This document shows, one piece after another, positions 42,412 to 52,518 of a DNA stretch of 64,000 bases. The notes beneath the pieces were generated by a model. It had not been told where the DNA came from, ran no database searches, and was given only the letters and a program-made list of their open reading frames with translations. Source of the DNA: Candidatus Sericytochromatia bacterium (GTDB lineage: Bacteria; Cyanobacteriota; Sericytochromatia; UBA7694; JACMQJ01). Both the position numbers and the translations under genes were made by a program. The stretch's first letter is position 1. Each line of letters opens with the position of its first letter. The stretch is from assembly GCA_026004035.1 (NCBI GenBank), contig BPII01000011.1:11416-75415 (forward strand), written 5' to 3'.

Positions 42412-43641
42412 ATGAAAAAAATAATTTCAAGTATTCTAGGTTTTCTAGTCTTATCAGCTTGTAATACTCAGATTAATGAGAATCTGTCACTTGATAATGA
42501 GGATTTGTCAATACAAAGTAATAATTCTTTTAAAGTAGTTCAAATAAAATTGAAAAATAGTAAAGATTTAGTAAATTTAGCAACAAAAGGATTAGACTTA
42601 TTCGGTTTTGATTCAAAATCAAAAACTATAAAAGCTAAAATTTCTACTAAAGAAGAACAAGATTTGAAAGCATCTAAGTATGATTTTTCACCTGTTGCTG
42701 AAGTAAATATGTCTTCAAGAGGATTGTTACCAGGATATATGACTTATAATGAAATGAAGAATAAGTTAAAACAACTTGCTGACTTTAACCCTGATATAGC
42801 AACTTTAAATGATATAGGTGATACATGGGAAAAAACACAAGGTAAATCACCTAATAATGATATATGGTGCTTAACGATAACAAATAAAAAAGTAAAAAAT
42901 CAAAAACCAGCAAGTTTATTTATAGGTGGGATGCACGCTAGAGAATTAGCACCACCAGAAATAATGTACAAACTAGCTGAATACTTAGTAAAAAATTATG
43001 GTAAAGATTCTCAAGTAACAGAATTAGTAGATACAAGAGATATAAATATAGTTCCTATGGTTAATGTTGATGGTAGAATAAAGGTAGAACAAGGTAATAA
43101 TTGGCAAAGAAAAAATACTCATGGAACAGGTGTTGATTTAAATAGAAATTTTGATAGTTATTGGAATTATCAAGGTCTAGATGTTCCTTCTAGTTGGATT
43201 GGAAGTTCTACAAATCCAAATAGTGAAACTTATAGTGGAACAGCACCTGCTTCTGAACCTGAAGTTCAAGCTATACAGAATTATTATAAGGTTAAAAAAT
43301 TAAACTTGGTTTTAGACATGCACTCTTACGGAGAAATGTTCTTTTGGCCTGTAGGATACAGTGACAAGCCTATTCCTGAAGTAAATATATTTAAAAATAT
43401 TTACGAAAACTCTTTCAAAAAAATAGGTTATCAAGGTGGAACAAGTATGACTTTATTATATCCTACTACAGGAACAACAGATGATTACGCTTATGTAAAA
43501 CATAAAGCTTTAGGATTAGGAATGGAAATAGGGCAAAGTTTTAGACCATCATATCAAGAAGTTGAATCTATGTGGAATGAATTAAGACCTAATTTATTGT
43601 ATTTAATAAAAGTTAGTAATACTACATTAACAAGAAAATAG
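42412..43641 (+). CDS. M14-family zinc carboxypeptidase, lipoprotein
   Basis: Lipobox LVLSAC. Motifs GGMHARELAPPE, NVDGR, DLNRNF and LDMHSYGEMFFWP. Confidence 0.88.
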   Translation: MKKIISSILGFLVLSACNTQINENLSLDNEDLSIQSNNSFKVVQIKLKNSKDLVNLATKGLDLFGFDSKSKTIKAKISTKEEQDLKASKYDFSPVAEVNMSSRGLLPGYMTYNEMKNKLKQLADFNPDIATLNDIGDTWEKTQGKSPNNDIWCLTITNKKVKNQKPASLFIGGMHARELAPPEIMYKLAEYLVKNYGKDSQVTELVDTRDINIVPMVNVDGRIKVEQGNNWQRKNTHGTGVDLNRNFDSYWNYQGLDVPSSWIGSSTNPNSETYSGTAPASEPEVQAIQNYYKVKKLNLVLDMHSYGEMFFWPVGYSDKPIPEVNIFKNIYENSFKKIGYQGGTSMTLLYPTTGTTDDYAYVKHKALGLGMEIGQSFRPSYQEVESMWNELRPNLLYLIKVSNTTLTRK

Positions 43642-43862
43642 CCCTTAGCGTTTTATTACCTTAGCGTAGAGATATTTTTATTTTTATCGTTTTTTATACT
43701 AATACCAATTTTCTCTTAATATTTTTTTGTTACAAAATGTCATAACTACTGTGAAAAATTATATAAAACCTCGACAATGAAACTATAAATTTAGTATAAA
43801 GTAGTATTTATAGGGAATAGTATTAAATTGAAAAAACACAAGATATTTTATTATTTTTCAAG

Positions 43863-43902
43863 TAATTTTTAAATTATACTAATAATTTTTAAATTATACT
43901 AA
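43863..43902. repeat. 20-bp perfect tandem duplication
   Basis: taatttttaaattatactaa occurs twice in the 412-bp spacer. Confidence 0.85.
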
Positions 43903-44053
43903 TTGTTTTATTAATATTAACTTATTATCAAGTAAAGAAAATATTTTTAGCTGGTTACTAATTTCGTTGTTAAAGTTATAAAATGTTTTTAATTTTTTTT
44001 AAAAACATTTTATTGATAAGTGATATAATTAAATTAATTATAATTTTACCTAT

Positions 44054-44536
44054 ATGATAAAAAAAAATATTTGTGTATTATTAAGTCTTTTTATAACTTT
44101 ATTATTTCCTTTAAGCTCTTATGCAAATAATGAATATTATTACCCTGGGCTAGATATACCTACATTACAGCCTAACAGAAAACTTTTACTAAATCAGATG
44201 GTTGATCCAGCTAAATCAGCTATATTATCAGCAATATATCCAGGATTAGGACAACTTTATTCAGGAAAAAAAGAAAAAGGAGCTTTAATAATGACATTAA
44301 GCACTTTATCTTTAGTAGGTGCTTTTGGATTTATTTTACCAAGACTTGCAAATAGACAAGAACAAGTTACAGCTTTAGGTTCTTCATTGGTATATATTTT
44401 ATTATTGGTAGCTCATGTTGTAAATATAAGAGATGCTTTTGATACTGCTGAATTAATTAACTCTGAAATTAGAGAAAAATTATTATTATCTTTTGATAAT
44501 AACTTTAATATTTCATATGCATTAGTAAAATTTTAG
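44054..44536 (+). CDS. Small membrane protein with PGLGQxY motif (DUF5683/TM2-like)
   Basis: A signal peptide, then AILSAIYPGLGQLYSGKKEKGALIM followed by two hydrophobic helices. Confidence 0.55.
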   Translation: MIKKNICVLLSLFITLLFPLSSYANNEYYYPGLDIPTLQPNRKLLLNQMVDPAKSAILSAIYPGLGQLYSGKKEKGALIMTLSTLSLVGAFGFILPRLANRQEQVTALGSSLVYILLLVAHVVNIRDAFDTAELINSEIREKLLLSFDNNFNISYALVKF

Positions 44537-44537
44537 A

Positions 44538-45116
44538 ATGCAAAAAGTAAAAATAACTGAAAAAAATTTTTCTTCAAATTCTAATTTAAAAAAAATATCT
44601 TATAATAACTATGGAGATATTTTTAAATTAAGTAAAATTAAAATACCCGTAAGAAATGATGAAGAGTTATCAAATATTTTAAATATAAAAGTTTCTGCAG
44701 ATAAGTTTTGTGAGAAAATTAAAAAAGAAATTAAAGAAAATGAAAATACTAATAAAGAAATATTGATTTTCTCTTATAAAAATGAAAATAAAAATGGTTC
44801 ATTAAAAAATGAAGATAATTCTTTAAGATTCATACTTAAAGTTATTCATAAAATTGATTATGATAGAGAAAATATTGAAATATATAAATTGAATAATAAA
44901 ACTTTTCCAATATCCAAAACTATTCAGGTAAAAGGTTATGGAAATTGTAAAGATACTGCTATTAGCAATGCTTTAAAAAATACTTTGAAAAAACTTGATA
45001 TTATGCTTGATTATAACGATATAATAATACATAGTTATAAACTTGTTTGTTTTGATAATATAGATAATTCAGGTACAAGCTGTAAAGTTAATGTTGTCCT
45101 TGGAGACATAGGATAA
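44538..45116 (+). CDS. Hypothetical protein
   Basis: 192-aa ORF starting 2 nt after the preceding gene's stop. No motif recognised. Confidence 0.5.
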   Translation: MQKVKITEKNFSSNSNLKKISYNNYGDIFKLSKIKIPVRNDEELSNILNIKVSADKFCEKIKKEIKENENTNKEILIFSYKNENKNGSLKNEDNSLRFILKVIHKIDYDRENIEIYKLNNKTFPISKTIQVKGYGNCKDTAISNALKNTLKKLDIMLDYNDIIIHSYKLVCFDNIDNSGTSCKVNVVLGDIG

Positions 45117-45126
45117 TTAAATTTTT

Positions 45127-46389
45127 ATGATAGAAACTAATAAACCAACGGAAAAAGCATTTATAGTTGCTGTTAAATTAAATGAAAATTCAGAAGATGA
45201 TATAAAAGAATCTTTAAATGAACTTAAATCGTTGCTTGATACAGCAGGTGCTAAAGTAATTAAATCTTTTATACAAAATAGAAGTAGTATAGATCCTGCT
45301 TTTTATATAGGTATAGGAAAAGTTGAAGAAATAAAAAAAGAAGCTAAAGAAAATAATATAGATACTATAGTATTTGATACTGAATTATCACCTAGACAAA
45401 TAAGAAATTTAGAAAAGGAAATAGGTAAAAAAATATTAGATAGAAGTTGGGTTATATTAGATATATTCGCACTTAGAGCAAAAACAAGAGAAGCTAAAAC
45501 ACAAGTTGAATTAGCACAACTAAAATACTTTATGCCAAGATTAACTAGACAATGGACACACTTATCGCGTCAAGTTGGAGGTGGTGTTGGAACAAAAGGA
45601 CCAGGAGAAACACAATTAGAAACAGATAAAAGATTAATAAAAACAAGAATTGCTTTTTTAGAAAAAGAGTTAAAAGAAATAGAAAAACAAAGAATAGTTC
45701 AAAGAAAATCAAGAGAAGATGAATTTAAAGCTGTTTTGGTAGGTTATACAAATGTTGGAAAATCAACCTTACTTAATAAATTATCTAATGCTAATGTTTT
45801 AGCAGAAAATAGACTATTTGCAACTTTGGATTCAACTACAAGAATAGTAGAATTAAAAAATAAGAAGTATTTTTTGCTAAGTGATACAGTAGGATTTATA
45901 AGAAAATTACCGCATCATTTAGTAGCATCTTTTAAAAGTACTTTAGAGGAAATAAAGTATGCTGATTTAATATTACATGTTATAGATGTAAGTCATAGCC
46001 ATTTTAGAGAACAAATTAAAACAGTAGAGCAAGTTTTAGCAGATTTAAAAGTTTTAAATAAAAGAACTATATATGTATTTAATAAGGTAGATATGTTACC
46101 TAAAGAAGATTTAGAAATAATAAATCTTGAACACTTTAAAAGTGATAAAATTTTTATATCAGCTGAAAAAAATATCAATATTGATAAATTAAAAGATAAA
46201 ATATTAAAAATTATTGAAGAAGATTTCAGAATAAAAGAATTTAAAGTCCCAATAGAAAACTCAAAATTATTATCTTTTATATATCAAAATTCTGAGGTAA
46301 TAAGGGAAGATTATGATGATAGTCACATAAAAATTTTAATAAAAGCTAAAACACCAAATATGGAGAAAATAGAAAGCAATTTTAAATGA
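45127..46389 (+). CDS. hflX: GTPase HflX
   Basis: The HflX N-domain (LSPRQIRNLE..., GPGETQLE) and the G-domain (GYTNVGKST, DTVGF, NKVD). Confidence 0.92.
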   Translation: MIETNKPTEKAFIVAVKLNENSEDDIKESLNELKSLLDTAGAKVIKSFIQNRSSIDPAFYIGIGKVEEIKKEAKENNIDTIVFDTELSPRQIRNLEKEIGKKILDRSWVILDIFALRAKTREAKTQVELAQLKYFMPRLTRQWTHLSRQVGGGVGTKGPGETQLETDKRLIKTRIAFLEKELKEIEKQRIVQRKSREDEFKAVLVGYTNVGKSTLLNKLSNANVLAENRLFATLDSTTRIVELKNKKYFLLSDTVGFIRKLPHHLVASFKSTLEEIKYADLILHVIDVSHSHFREQIKTVEQVLADLKVLNKRTIYVFNKVDMLPKEDLEIINLEHFKSDKIFISAEKNINIDKLKDKILKIIEEDFRIKEFKVPIENSKLLSFIYQNSEVIREDYDDSHIKILIKAKTPNMEKIESNFK

Positions 46390-47903
46390 TAAATAATAAT
46401 ATATTATTAATACCATTAGACGATAGACCATGTAATTATGATTTTCCAATAAAATTAGCTAAAATAGCAGATTGTAATTTAATTATTCCTGATAAAAATT
46501 TACTAGGAAATATATTTAGAGTAGGAAATAGAAAAAAAATTTATAAATTTATAGAAAGTAATTTTAAAATATGTTCATCTGTAATAATATCTTTTGATAC
46601 ATTATTATATGGTGGATTAGTACCATCAAGAAGAAATTATGATACTTTTGAAGAAATAAAATCATTCTTATCTATTATAAATGAAATAAAAAATTATAAT
46701 AAAAAGATTAAAATATATGCTAATACAACAATAATGAGAATATCTAATAATAACTATAATGAAGAAGAAAAAGAGTATTGGAAAGATTATGGAAAAGAAA
46801 TATATAAATTATCATATTTTCTACATAAAAATAAAATCATAAATCAAAATAATTATGAGAATTTTAGTATAGAAGAATATTCAGATAAAATACCTAGAAA
46901 AATAATAAATGATTACTTTAAAGGAAGGCTAAAAAATTTTTTTATCAACAAAGAAATAATTAATTTAGCTATTAATAAAAAAATAGATTTTTTATCAATA
47001 TCCTGTGATGATTCAGGTAAATATGGTTTTAATGTACTAGAGAAGAAAATTTTAAAAGAATATTGCAAGAATTTTAAAAATATAATTATATATCCCGGAG
47101 CTGATGAAGCACTATTGATATTATTAACTAGATTTATAAATCATAAAGGTAAAATAAAACCAAAATTTTTTACCTTATTTGATTGTAGAACAAAAAAAGA
47201 TAAAACAATAACTATTTATGAAGGTGTTAGTATTAAAAATACATTAAAAAGCCAATTAAAAGTGATAGGGGGTAAAATTGTTAATGATATAAATAAATGT
47301 GATATAGTTTTGTATTTTCATTTACTTAATAAATCACAAGAAGATCAATACTTAAATTCTATTTATAAAAAGAAGAGTTATGAACTCTCCACTAAATTTA
47401 TAAAGAATGAAATAGAAAATATAGAAAATATTACAAAATTAAAAGACTTAGCAATAGTTGATATTGCTTATGCAAATGGCGCAGATAAAAAATTCACAGA
47501 ATGTCTTTTAAAAAAAATTAATCCTTTAAATTTTATTTCTTATTCAGCATGGAATACAGCTGGAAATACCATAGGAACGATAATTTCTCATTCTAGTATA
47601 GCTAAATTTAATAATAAGAACAAATTAATAAATCTAGAATTCTTAATTGAAAGATTTTTAGATGATTATCTATATCAAAGCAAATTAAGATTAGAATATG
47701 CTAAAAAATATTTATATCCAATAAGTGAAAGCAAACTTGAAGAATTAAAATCTTATTTTATAAAAGAATCAAATAAATTTATAGATAATATTAGTAAAAA
47801 TAATAAACTTAAAATAAAAATAAAAAAAGTTGAGTTTCCTTGGAATAGATTATTTGAAATAAATGTTCAAGTTATAGTACAATATTCCAAGAAGCAGATT
47901 TAA
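46386..47903 (+). CDS. DUF4127-family protein
   Basis: The N-terminal IPLDDRPCNYDFP pattern and the length (505 aa) fit DUF4127 as I recall it. 4-nt overlap with hflX. Confidence 0.55.
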   Translation: MINNNILLIPLDDRPCNYDFPIKLAKIADCNLIIPDKNLLGNIFRVGNRKKIYKFIESNFKICSSVIISFDTLLYGGLVPSRRNYDTFEEIKSFLSIINEIKNYNKKIKIYANTTIMRISNNNYNEEEKEYWKDYGKEIYKLSYFLHKNKIINQNNYENFSIEEYSDKIPRKIINDYFKGRLKNFFINKEIINLAINKKIDFLSISCDDSGKYGFNVLEKKILKEYCKNFKNIIIYPGADEALLILLTRFINHKGKIKPKFFTLFDCRTKKDKTITIYEGVSIKNTLKSQLKVIGGKIVNDINKCDIVLYFHLLNKSQEDQYLNSIYKKKSYELSTKFIKNEIENIENITKLKDLAIVDIAYANGADKKFTECLLKKINPLNFISYSAWNTAGNTIGTIISHSSIAKFNNKNKLINLEFLIERFLDDYLYQSKLRLEYAKKYLYPISESKLEELKSYFIKESNKFIDNISKNNKLKIKIKKVEFPWNRLFEINVQVIVQYSKKQI

Positions 47904-48202
47904 AAATATATGCAAAAGATATCAATTGAAAAAATGTTTTTGTGTTTTAAAAGCAAAAGATTTAATTTAGAAGATACAAAAATGACAGAACCTAAAAAAA
48001 AATTAATAAATTAATAGTTCTAATATCAATTGCTTTTTGTTAGTGTTTTATAGTAGATAATTATTCAAAAAGTATTTTTAAATTAGGACTTGAAACTATT
48101 AGAAATACTTTATTCAATCCGTTAACTAAACAAAAAATACTTTATATTAACATATTTTAATTTTTTGGAAAAAAATTTTTATTTTAAAATATATATAAAG
48201 TA

Positions 48203-48907
48203 TTAGTTAAGGTTATCAAATATTATTCTTAAATCTTTTATATATATTTTTTTCTTTCTAGTTTCTATAATATTTTCTGCAACAAAATTACTAATAACTC
48301 TAACAGTAGTTTCTGTAGTTGCACCTAACATACTTGATAATTCATTTCTGGTTAATGATATGTTAATTTTTATTGTTCCGTCAGCTTGTTTAACACCATA
48401 AAGCTTTTGAAGTTCTATTAATAAGTCTATAAACCTTTCTTTTACAGGCTTACAAGCTAAATCTCTTGATTTATTAAGTAAATAATTTAGATTTTTTGTC
48501 ATAAGATTAAATATTTCAAAAGCAAAGTTTTTTTCTTCATTTATAAAATAGTAAAATAAATCCTTATTAAAAAAACAAACAGTTGTATCTTCTAAAGCCT
48601 CAGCTGTTTCAGAATATTTTTCTCCCATAAAAAAAGATTGATAGCCTATTAATTCAGTAGGGTTAGCTATTTTATATATAAATCTTCTATCATTAAACAT
48701 CATAATTTTTTCTAACTTTACTTTGCCACTTTTTATACAATAGAAGCCAAAAGATACTCTACCTTCATGAAATATAGTTTGACCTTTTTTATAAAAATTA
48801 TTAACTTTAAATTTTGATATTTCCTTTAATGCCTTATTTGAAAGATTTTTAAATACACCATTTTTAAAATTTACACATTCACGGCAATCAGAGATACAAC
48901 TCTTCAT
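48203..48907 (-). CDS. Crp/Fnr-family transcriptional regulator with N-terminal Cys cluster
   Basis: A cNMP-binding-like beta-roll and a C-terminal HTH (LTRNELSSMLGATTETTVRVISNF). The N-terminus is MKSCISDCRECVNF. Confidence 0.8.
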   Translation of the reverse strand: MKSCISDCRECVNFKNGVFKNLSNKALKEISKFKVNNFYKKGQTIFHEGRVSFGFYCIKSGKVKLEKIMMFNDRRFIYKIANPTELIGYQSFFMGEKYSETAEALEDTTVCFFNKDLFYYFINEEKNFAFEIFNLMTKNLNYLLNKSRDLACKPVKERFIDLLIELQKLYGVKQADGTIKINISLTRNELSSMLGATTETTVRVISNFVAENIIETRKKKIYIKDLRIIFDNLN

Positions 48908-48917
48908 ATATCACCTC

Positions 48918-50093
48918 TTAATTACTTAAACCATCTATTCTAGGACTTACAAGTATTTTCCAATATTTAAATATAAAAATAGAAAATACTAATATCCAAA
49001 GAAATCCAGATATATTAATTGCTAATTTAGTATAATTACTCAAAAATAACGGAATAAAAACTCTTATAAAAACAGACAAATTTATTATATAGTAAGCTAA
49101 AACTATTACTTTACTAGCTACTATAGGACGGCCAGTATGTCCTAGTGATACTCTTGTAATCATCCCATATATTATTACTGACATTCCACCTAATGTTAGT
49201 AAGTGTGTTGATAACGAATAGCTTATGTCTAAAAATAAACTTATACCTTTCATAAAAAATCCTAATATAAACCAAAAGTAGCCTATAAATAATATCCATA
49301 ATATAGGTATTTTAGCAGTTTGAATTGGATGCCAATTTCTAAATCTTTCAAAATGTAAAAATGTTAATAAGAAGCATACCAATGAATTTATGACTTTTGA
49401 TTCAAAAAATGAATTTGTTATTATAAATAAAAAACTAAGTATAAATAAATATTTTTCAATCCATTCTTTCACTTCAATTTTTTCTTCTAAAATAGCTTTT
49501 TTTGTAAAAAATGGTATAATTCTACCTGTTATAATAGTTATCATCATTAATATTGAGCTCAAAGCAATCATAATAGCTTTTCTGCTAAAATTTTCTAAGA
49601 AACCGAATATTTCTAGATGTATAATAAAGTTAGATATGAATATAAAAAAGAATAATAAAATAAATATCCTATTTTTTCTTTGATTTTCTATTGAAAAATA
49701 ATTGTATAAATAATATATTAGTAATAAATAAAAAAATAAATCAAAAAACATTATTATTATATTTTTTTCTTTACAAATAAAAGATAATATTCTAGGAACA
49801 ATCCAAAAAAAGAATAATAATTTTAATCTAAAAAATTTCAAAGGTTCTTTAGCGGTCCAATTTGCTGAGGCTGTAAATATAAAGCCTGTAACTATTGCAA
49901 TTACAAATCCAAATATCATTTCATGAGCGTGCCAATTGACAACATTATAATAATTATTTATTTTAAAATTTCCAGAATAAAAACTTATCCAAAAGTAAAC
50001 TATAAATATACTATAAATACTACCAAATAAAAAAAATGGCCTAAATGCTATTTGCCATAAAGACTTTGTAGGAATAATATATTCAAATTTCAT
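48918..50093 (-). CDS. nnrS: NnrS-family heme/copper membrane protein
   Basis: A polytopic protein with WHAHEMIFGF and RVSLGHTGRP, which are characteristic of NnrS. Confidence 0.8.
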   Translation of the reverse strand: MKFEYIIPTKSLWQIAFRPFFLFGSIYSIFIVYFWISFYSGNFKINNYYNVVNWHAHEMIFGFVIAIVTGFIFTASANWTAKEPLKFFRLKLLFFFWIVPRILSFICKEKNIIIMFFDLFFYLLLIYYLYNYFSIENQRKNRIFILLFFFIFISNFIIHLEIFGFLENFSRKAIMIALSSILMMITIITGRIIPFFTKKAILEEKIEVKEWIEKYLFILSFLFIITNSFFESKVINSLVCFLLTFLHFERFRNWHPIQTAKIPILWILFIGYFWFILGFFMKGISLFLDISYSLSTHLLTLGGMSVIIYGMITRVSLGHTGRPIVASKVIVLAYYIINLSVFIRVFIPLFLSNYTKLAINISGFLWILVFSIFIFKYWKILVSPRIDGLSN

Positions 50094-51180
50094 TTATAAC
50101 ATCCTTTCTTATTTGATAATTAATTTTTATTGATATAAGAGTATTTATTAAAAATAATAAAATCGCCATAGAGTTTAATATTGTAGATATTTTCAAAAGA
50201 TAATATAGATTCATTATATCTGCTATTATTCTAGTAATAATAGATATATTTAAAAATACTAAATGAGTATAAAATATATGACTATAATTTATCTTTATCC
50301 TCAAAATAGCAGGAAATATAATTGGTGCATGAGCAAAAATCATGCTAATAACAAAACCTAAAAAGAATGAATGTAGAAAAGCATCATAAAGAAAATTACC
50401 AATTATAAACTGACCATTAATGATAATTATCATTGAAGAAATACCTAACCATAAATAACCATTTATAATACAAATTGCTATAAATCTTGTAAGTGAGTTA
50501 TTTTTTAGCATGTTTAGTGCAATATCATATTTGAAAAACCATAACATGATTATAAAAAAGCTTATTCCTAGAATTCGAGTAGAAATATTGTAAGAATAAA
50601 AACTAAGAAATAAACTAGATGTTGTTAATAATATTGATAAAATAAAAATTTTTTTACTAGTATTAGAAAAATTTTTTAGTTTAGATAATTCTAATCTTTC
50701 TCCTGAAATTGTGAATAATAGAAAAGAGATCCACCATAAAGATATATGAGTAAAATAATAATTATAAATCCATAGTATATTACCAATTATTAGAAAACAA
50801 GTTCCCATTATTTGAATATAAATATGAATCTCTTTATCTATTTTCAAAGCATAAAGATAAATGAATATTAAATTAAATGAAGATAATAATATTAAAAATT
50901 TAATTATTAATTGATCTACCTCAAGAAATAATAAAAAAAATGATATTCCTGATAAAAAGGCTCCAATAAAAGCTACTTTTTTTCTAATTGCTACAGTTCT
51001 TTCAAGATTTATAAGAGTAAGCAAGAAACCATTTATCATTATTGGACCATGTAAGTACACAATATCCTGATTTACAAAATTGATTTGCCAACCACTACGA
51101 TATAGTCCAATTAAAATTCCAATAACAATGTTAAATATTGCCAATAATAAAAAAGGTATGAGCTTATAGTTAATAGTCAT
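50083..51180 (-). CDS. Polytopic membrane protein, distant NnrS-like paralogue
   Basis: About 12 hydrophobic segments. LHGPIMINGF and HSFFLGFVISMIFAHAPIIFP echo the His motifs of NnrS. It overlaps both neighbours (11 nt and 4 nt). Confidence 0.55.
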   Translation of the reverse strand: MTINYKLIPFLLLAIFNIVIGILIGLYRSGWQINFVNQDIVYLHGPIMINGFLLTLINLERTVAIRKKVAFIGAFLSGISFFLLFLEVDQLIIKFLILLSSFNLIFIYLYALKIDKEIHIYIQIMGTCFLIIGNILWIYNYYFTHISLWWISFLLFTISGERLELSKLKNFSNTSKKIFILSILLTTSSLFLSFYSYNISTRILGISFFIIMLWFFKYDIALNMLKNNSLTRFIAICIINGYLWLGISSMIIIINGQFIIGNFLYDAFLHSFFLGFVISMIFAHAPIIFPAILRIKINYSHIFYTHLVFLNISIITRIIADIMNLYYLLKISTILNSMAILLFLINTLISIKINYQIRKDVINEI

Positions 51181-51512
51181 ACTAGGTGATTTTTTACCTC
51201 TTCTGAAATCATTTCTCTATTCCATCTTGGTTCCCATACTAACTCAACATCAACAGGTATATCTACAATTTCTTTTATAGATTGAATTACACTATCTATA
51301 AGATATGAAGTCATAGGACATATAGGTGTTGTCATTGTCATTTTTATGTTTATTTTTTCCTTGTAAATTTTTATATCATAAATTAAACCTAAATCAATAA
51401 TGTTTATATTAGTTTCAGGATCAATTACCTCATTTAAAACTTTAGTAATATCTTTTATTGTTATATTACTTAATTTAGTTTTTTCTTTTTTAATAAATTT
51501 AAAAATACTCAT
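51177..51512 (-). CDS. DUF59 (SufT/MIP18-like) Fe-S assembly-related protein
   Basis: VIDPETNINIIDLGLIYDI...MTMTTPICPM is the DUF59 signature. Confidence 0.8.
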   Translation of the reverse strand: MSIFKFIKKEKTKLSNITIKDITKVLNEVIDPETNINIIDLGLIYDIKIYKEKINIKMTMTTPICPMTSYLIDSVIQSIKEIVDIPVDVELVWEPRWNREMISEEVKNHLV

Positions 51513-51622
51513 TTAATTATCTCCATAAATTCAAATTTGTTATATTCTCCAATATTTTCAGAAAAAACACATTTGAAAGAACCATTACCATTATCTATAT
51601 AAAATTTACAATTTGAACACAT
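51509..51622 (-). CDS. Unannotated 37-aa Cys-containing small ORF, translationally coupled to the DUF59 gene
   Basis: MCSNCKFYIDNGNGSFKCVFSENIGEYNKFEFMEIIK*. Its TGA overlaps the DUF59 ATG (ATGA). It is too short to appear in the supplied ORF track. Confidence 0.35.
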   Translation of the reverse strand: MCSNCKFYIDNGNGSFKCVFSENIGEYNKFEFMEIIK

Positions 51623-51648
51623 AATTTGTATTGAAATAATTCTTTTAT

Positions 51649-52068
51649 TTAAAAGACTGTGTAAAATATACATAAGTAATTCAAAAAATATTTTTTTTTA
51701 TCATATTCAATTTTCAAAATTAAATCTTTTAATTGATTTGTAAATCCCATAATATTTGATGCAATATTTTTTCCTTTTTCTGTTAAATTTAGTATTTCTT
51801 TTTTTGAGGTATTATTTTTTATTCTAAAGACTATCTCTTTTTTTTCTAAATTCTTTATTGAATCACTTACACTAGCCTTACTTATATTAAACTCTCTTGA
51901 TATAAAAGAAACATTACGATTACTTTCATTTGAATTAAACATAAGAAAATTTAGTATTTTTAGCTGTATAAAACTTAAGCCTTGCTTTTTGTTATACTCC
52001 CACATCATAACATTAAAAGCTTCTGATATTCTTTCCAAAGCTATTATTATATTTTCATCTATATTCAT
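51649..52068 (-). CDS. MarR-family transcriptional regulator
   Basis: A winged-HTH pattern (LSFIQLKILNFL...VSFISREFNISKASVSDSIKNLEKKEIV). Confidence 0.75.
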   Translation of the reverse strand: MNIDENIIIALERISEAFNVMMWEYNKKQGLSFIQLKILNFLMFNSNESNRNVSFISREFNISKASVSDSIKNLEKKEIVFRIKNNTSKKEILNLTEKGKNIASNIMGFTNQLKDLILKIEYDKKKYFLNYLCIFYTVF

Positions 52069-52518
52069 ATTATTTATGTTAGGTATCCTAACAAAATATT
52101 ATTCTATTTAAAAATAATAAATCAATGACTAGAATCATTTTATAAATTGATATAAATCAATGATTTTTAGTAATAATTTGAATTTATTGATATTTATCTA
52201 TACTCAAACTTTTGTATTTTGCATTTTTTTTTTCTAAAACTCAAATATTCTATAGTAGAAGTTTATAAGAATTAAAAATCATAGTAGATAGTTCTGATAA
52301 TCCTGTCATAGAGTTAGATAGTTCTTTAAATGTTAGTTGAGTACCTTCATAATGGACGACAATTCCTTTAGATATGTTATTTTGAAGAGTTGTAGAAATA
52401 TTTTGTATATCATTTTGTAATCTTTGCCTATACTCAAATTCAGTTTCAGAAGGTGCTTTTGGTAGTAATGGTAGTTGTAAATCTAAAAAAAAACAGAGAG
52501 TTGTCTTAAATCTTTTGT

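Noticed and set aside
47904-48202. A degenerate frame (MQKISIEKMFLCFKSKRFNLEDTKMTEPKKKLIN…) as an IS transposase N-terminal remnant
   Set aside because: It bears only a vague resemblance to ISAs1-type N-termini. It is too short and too interrupted to support a call.
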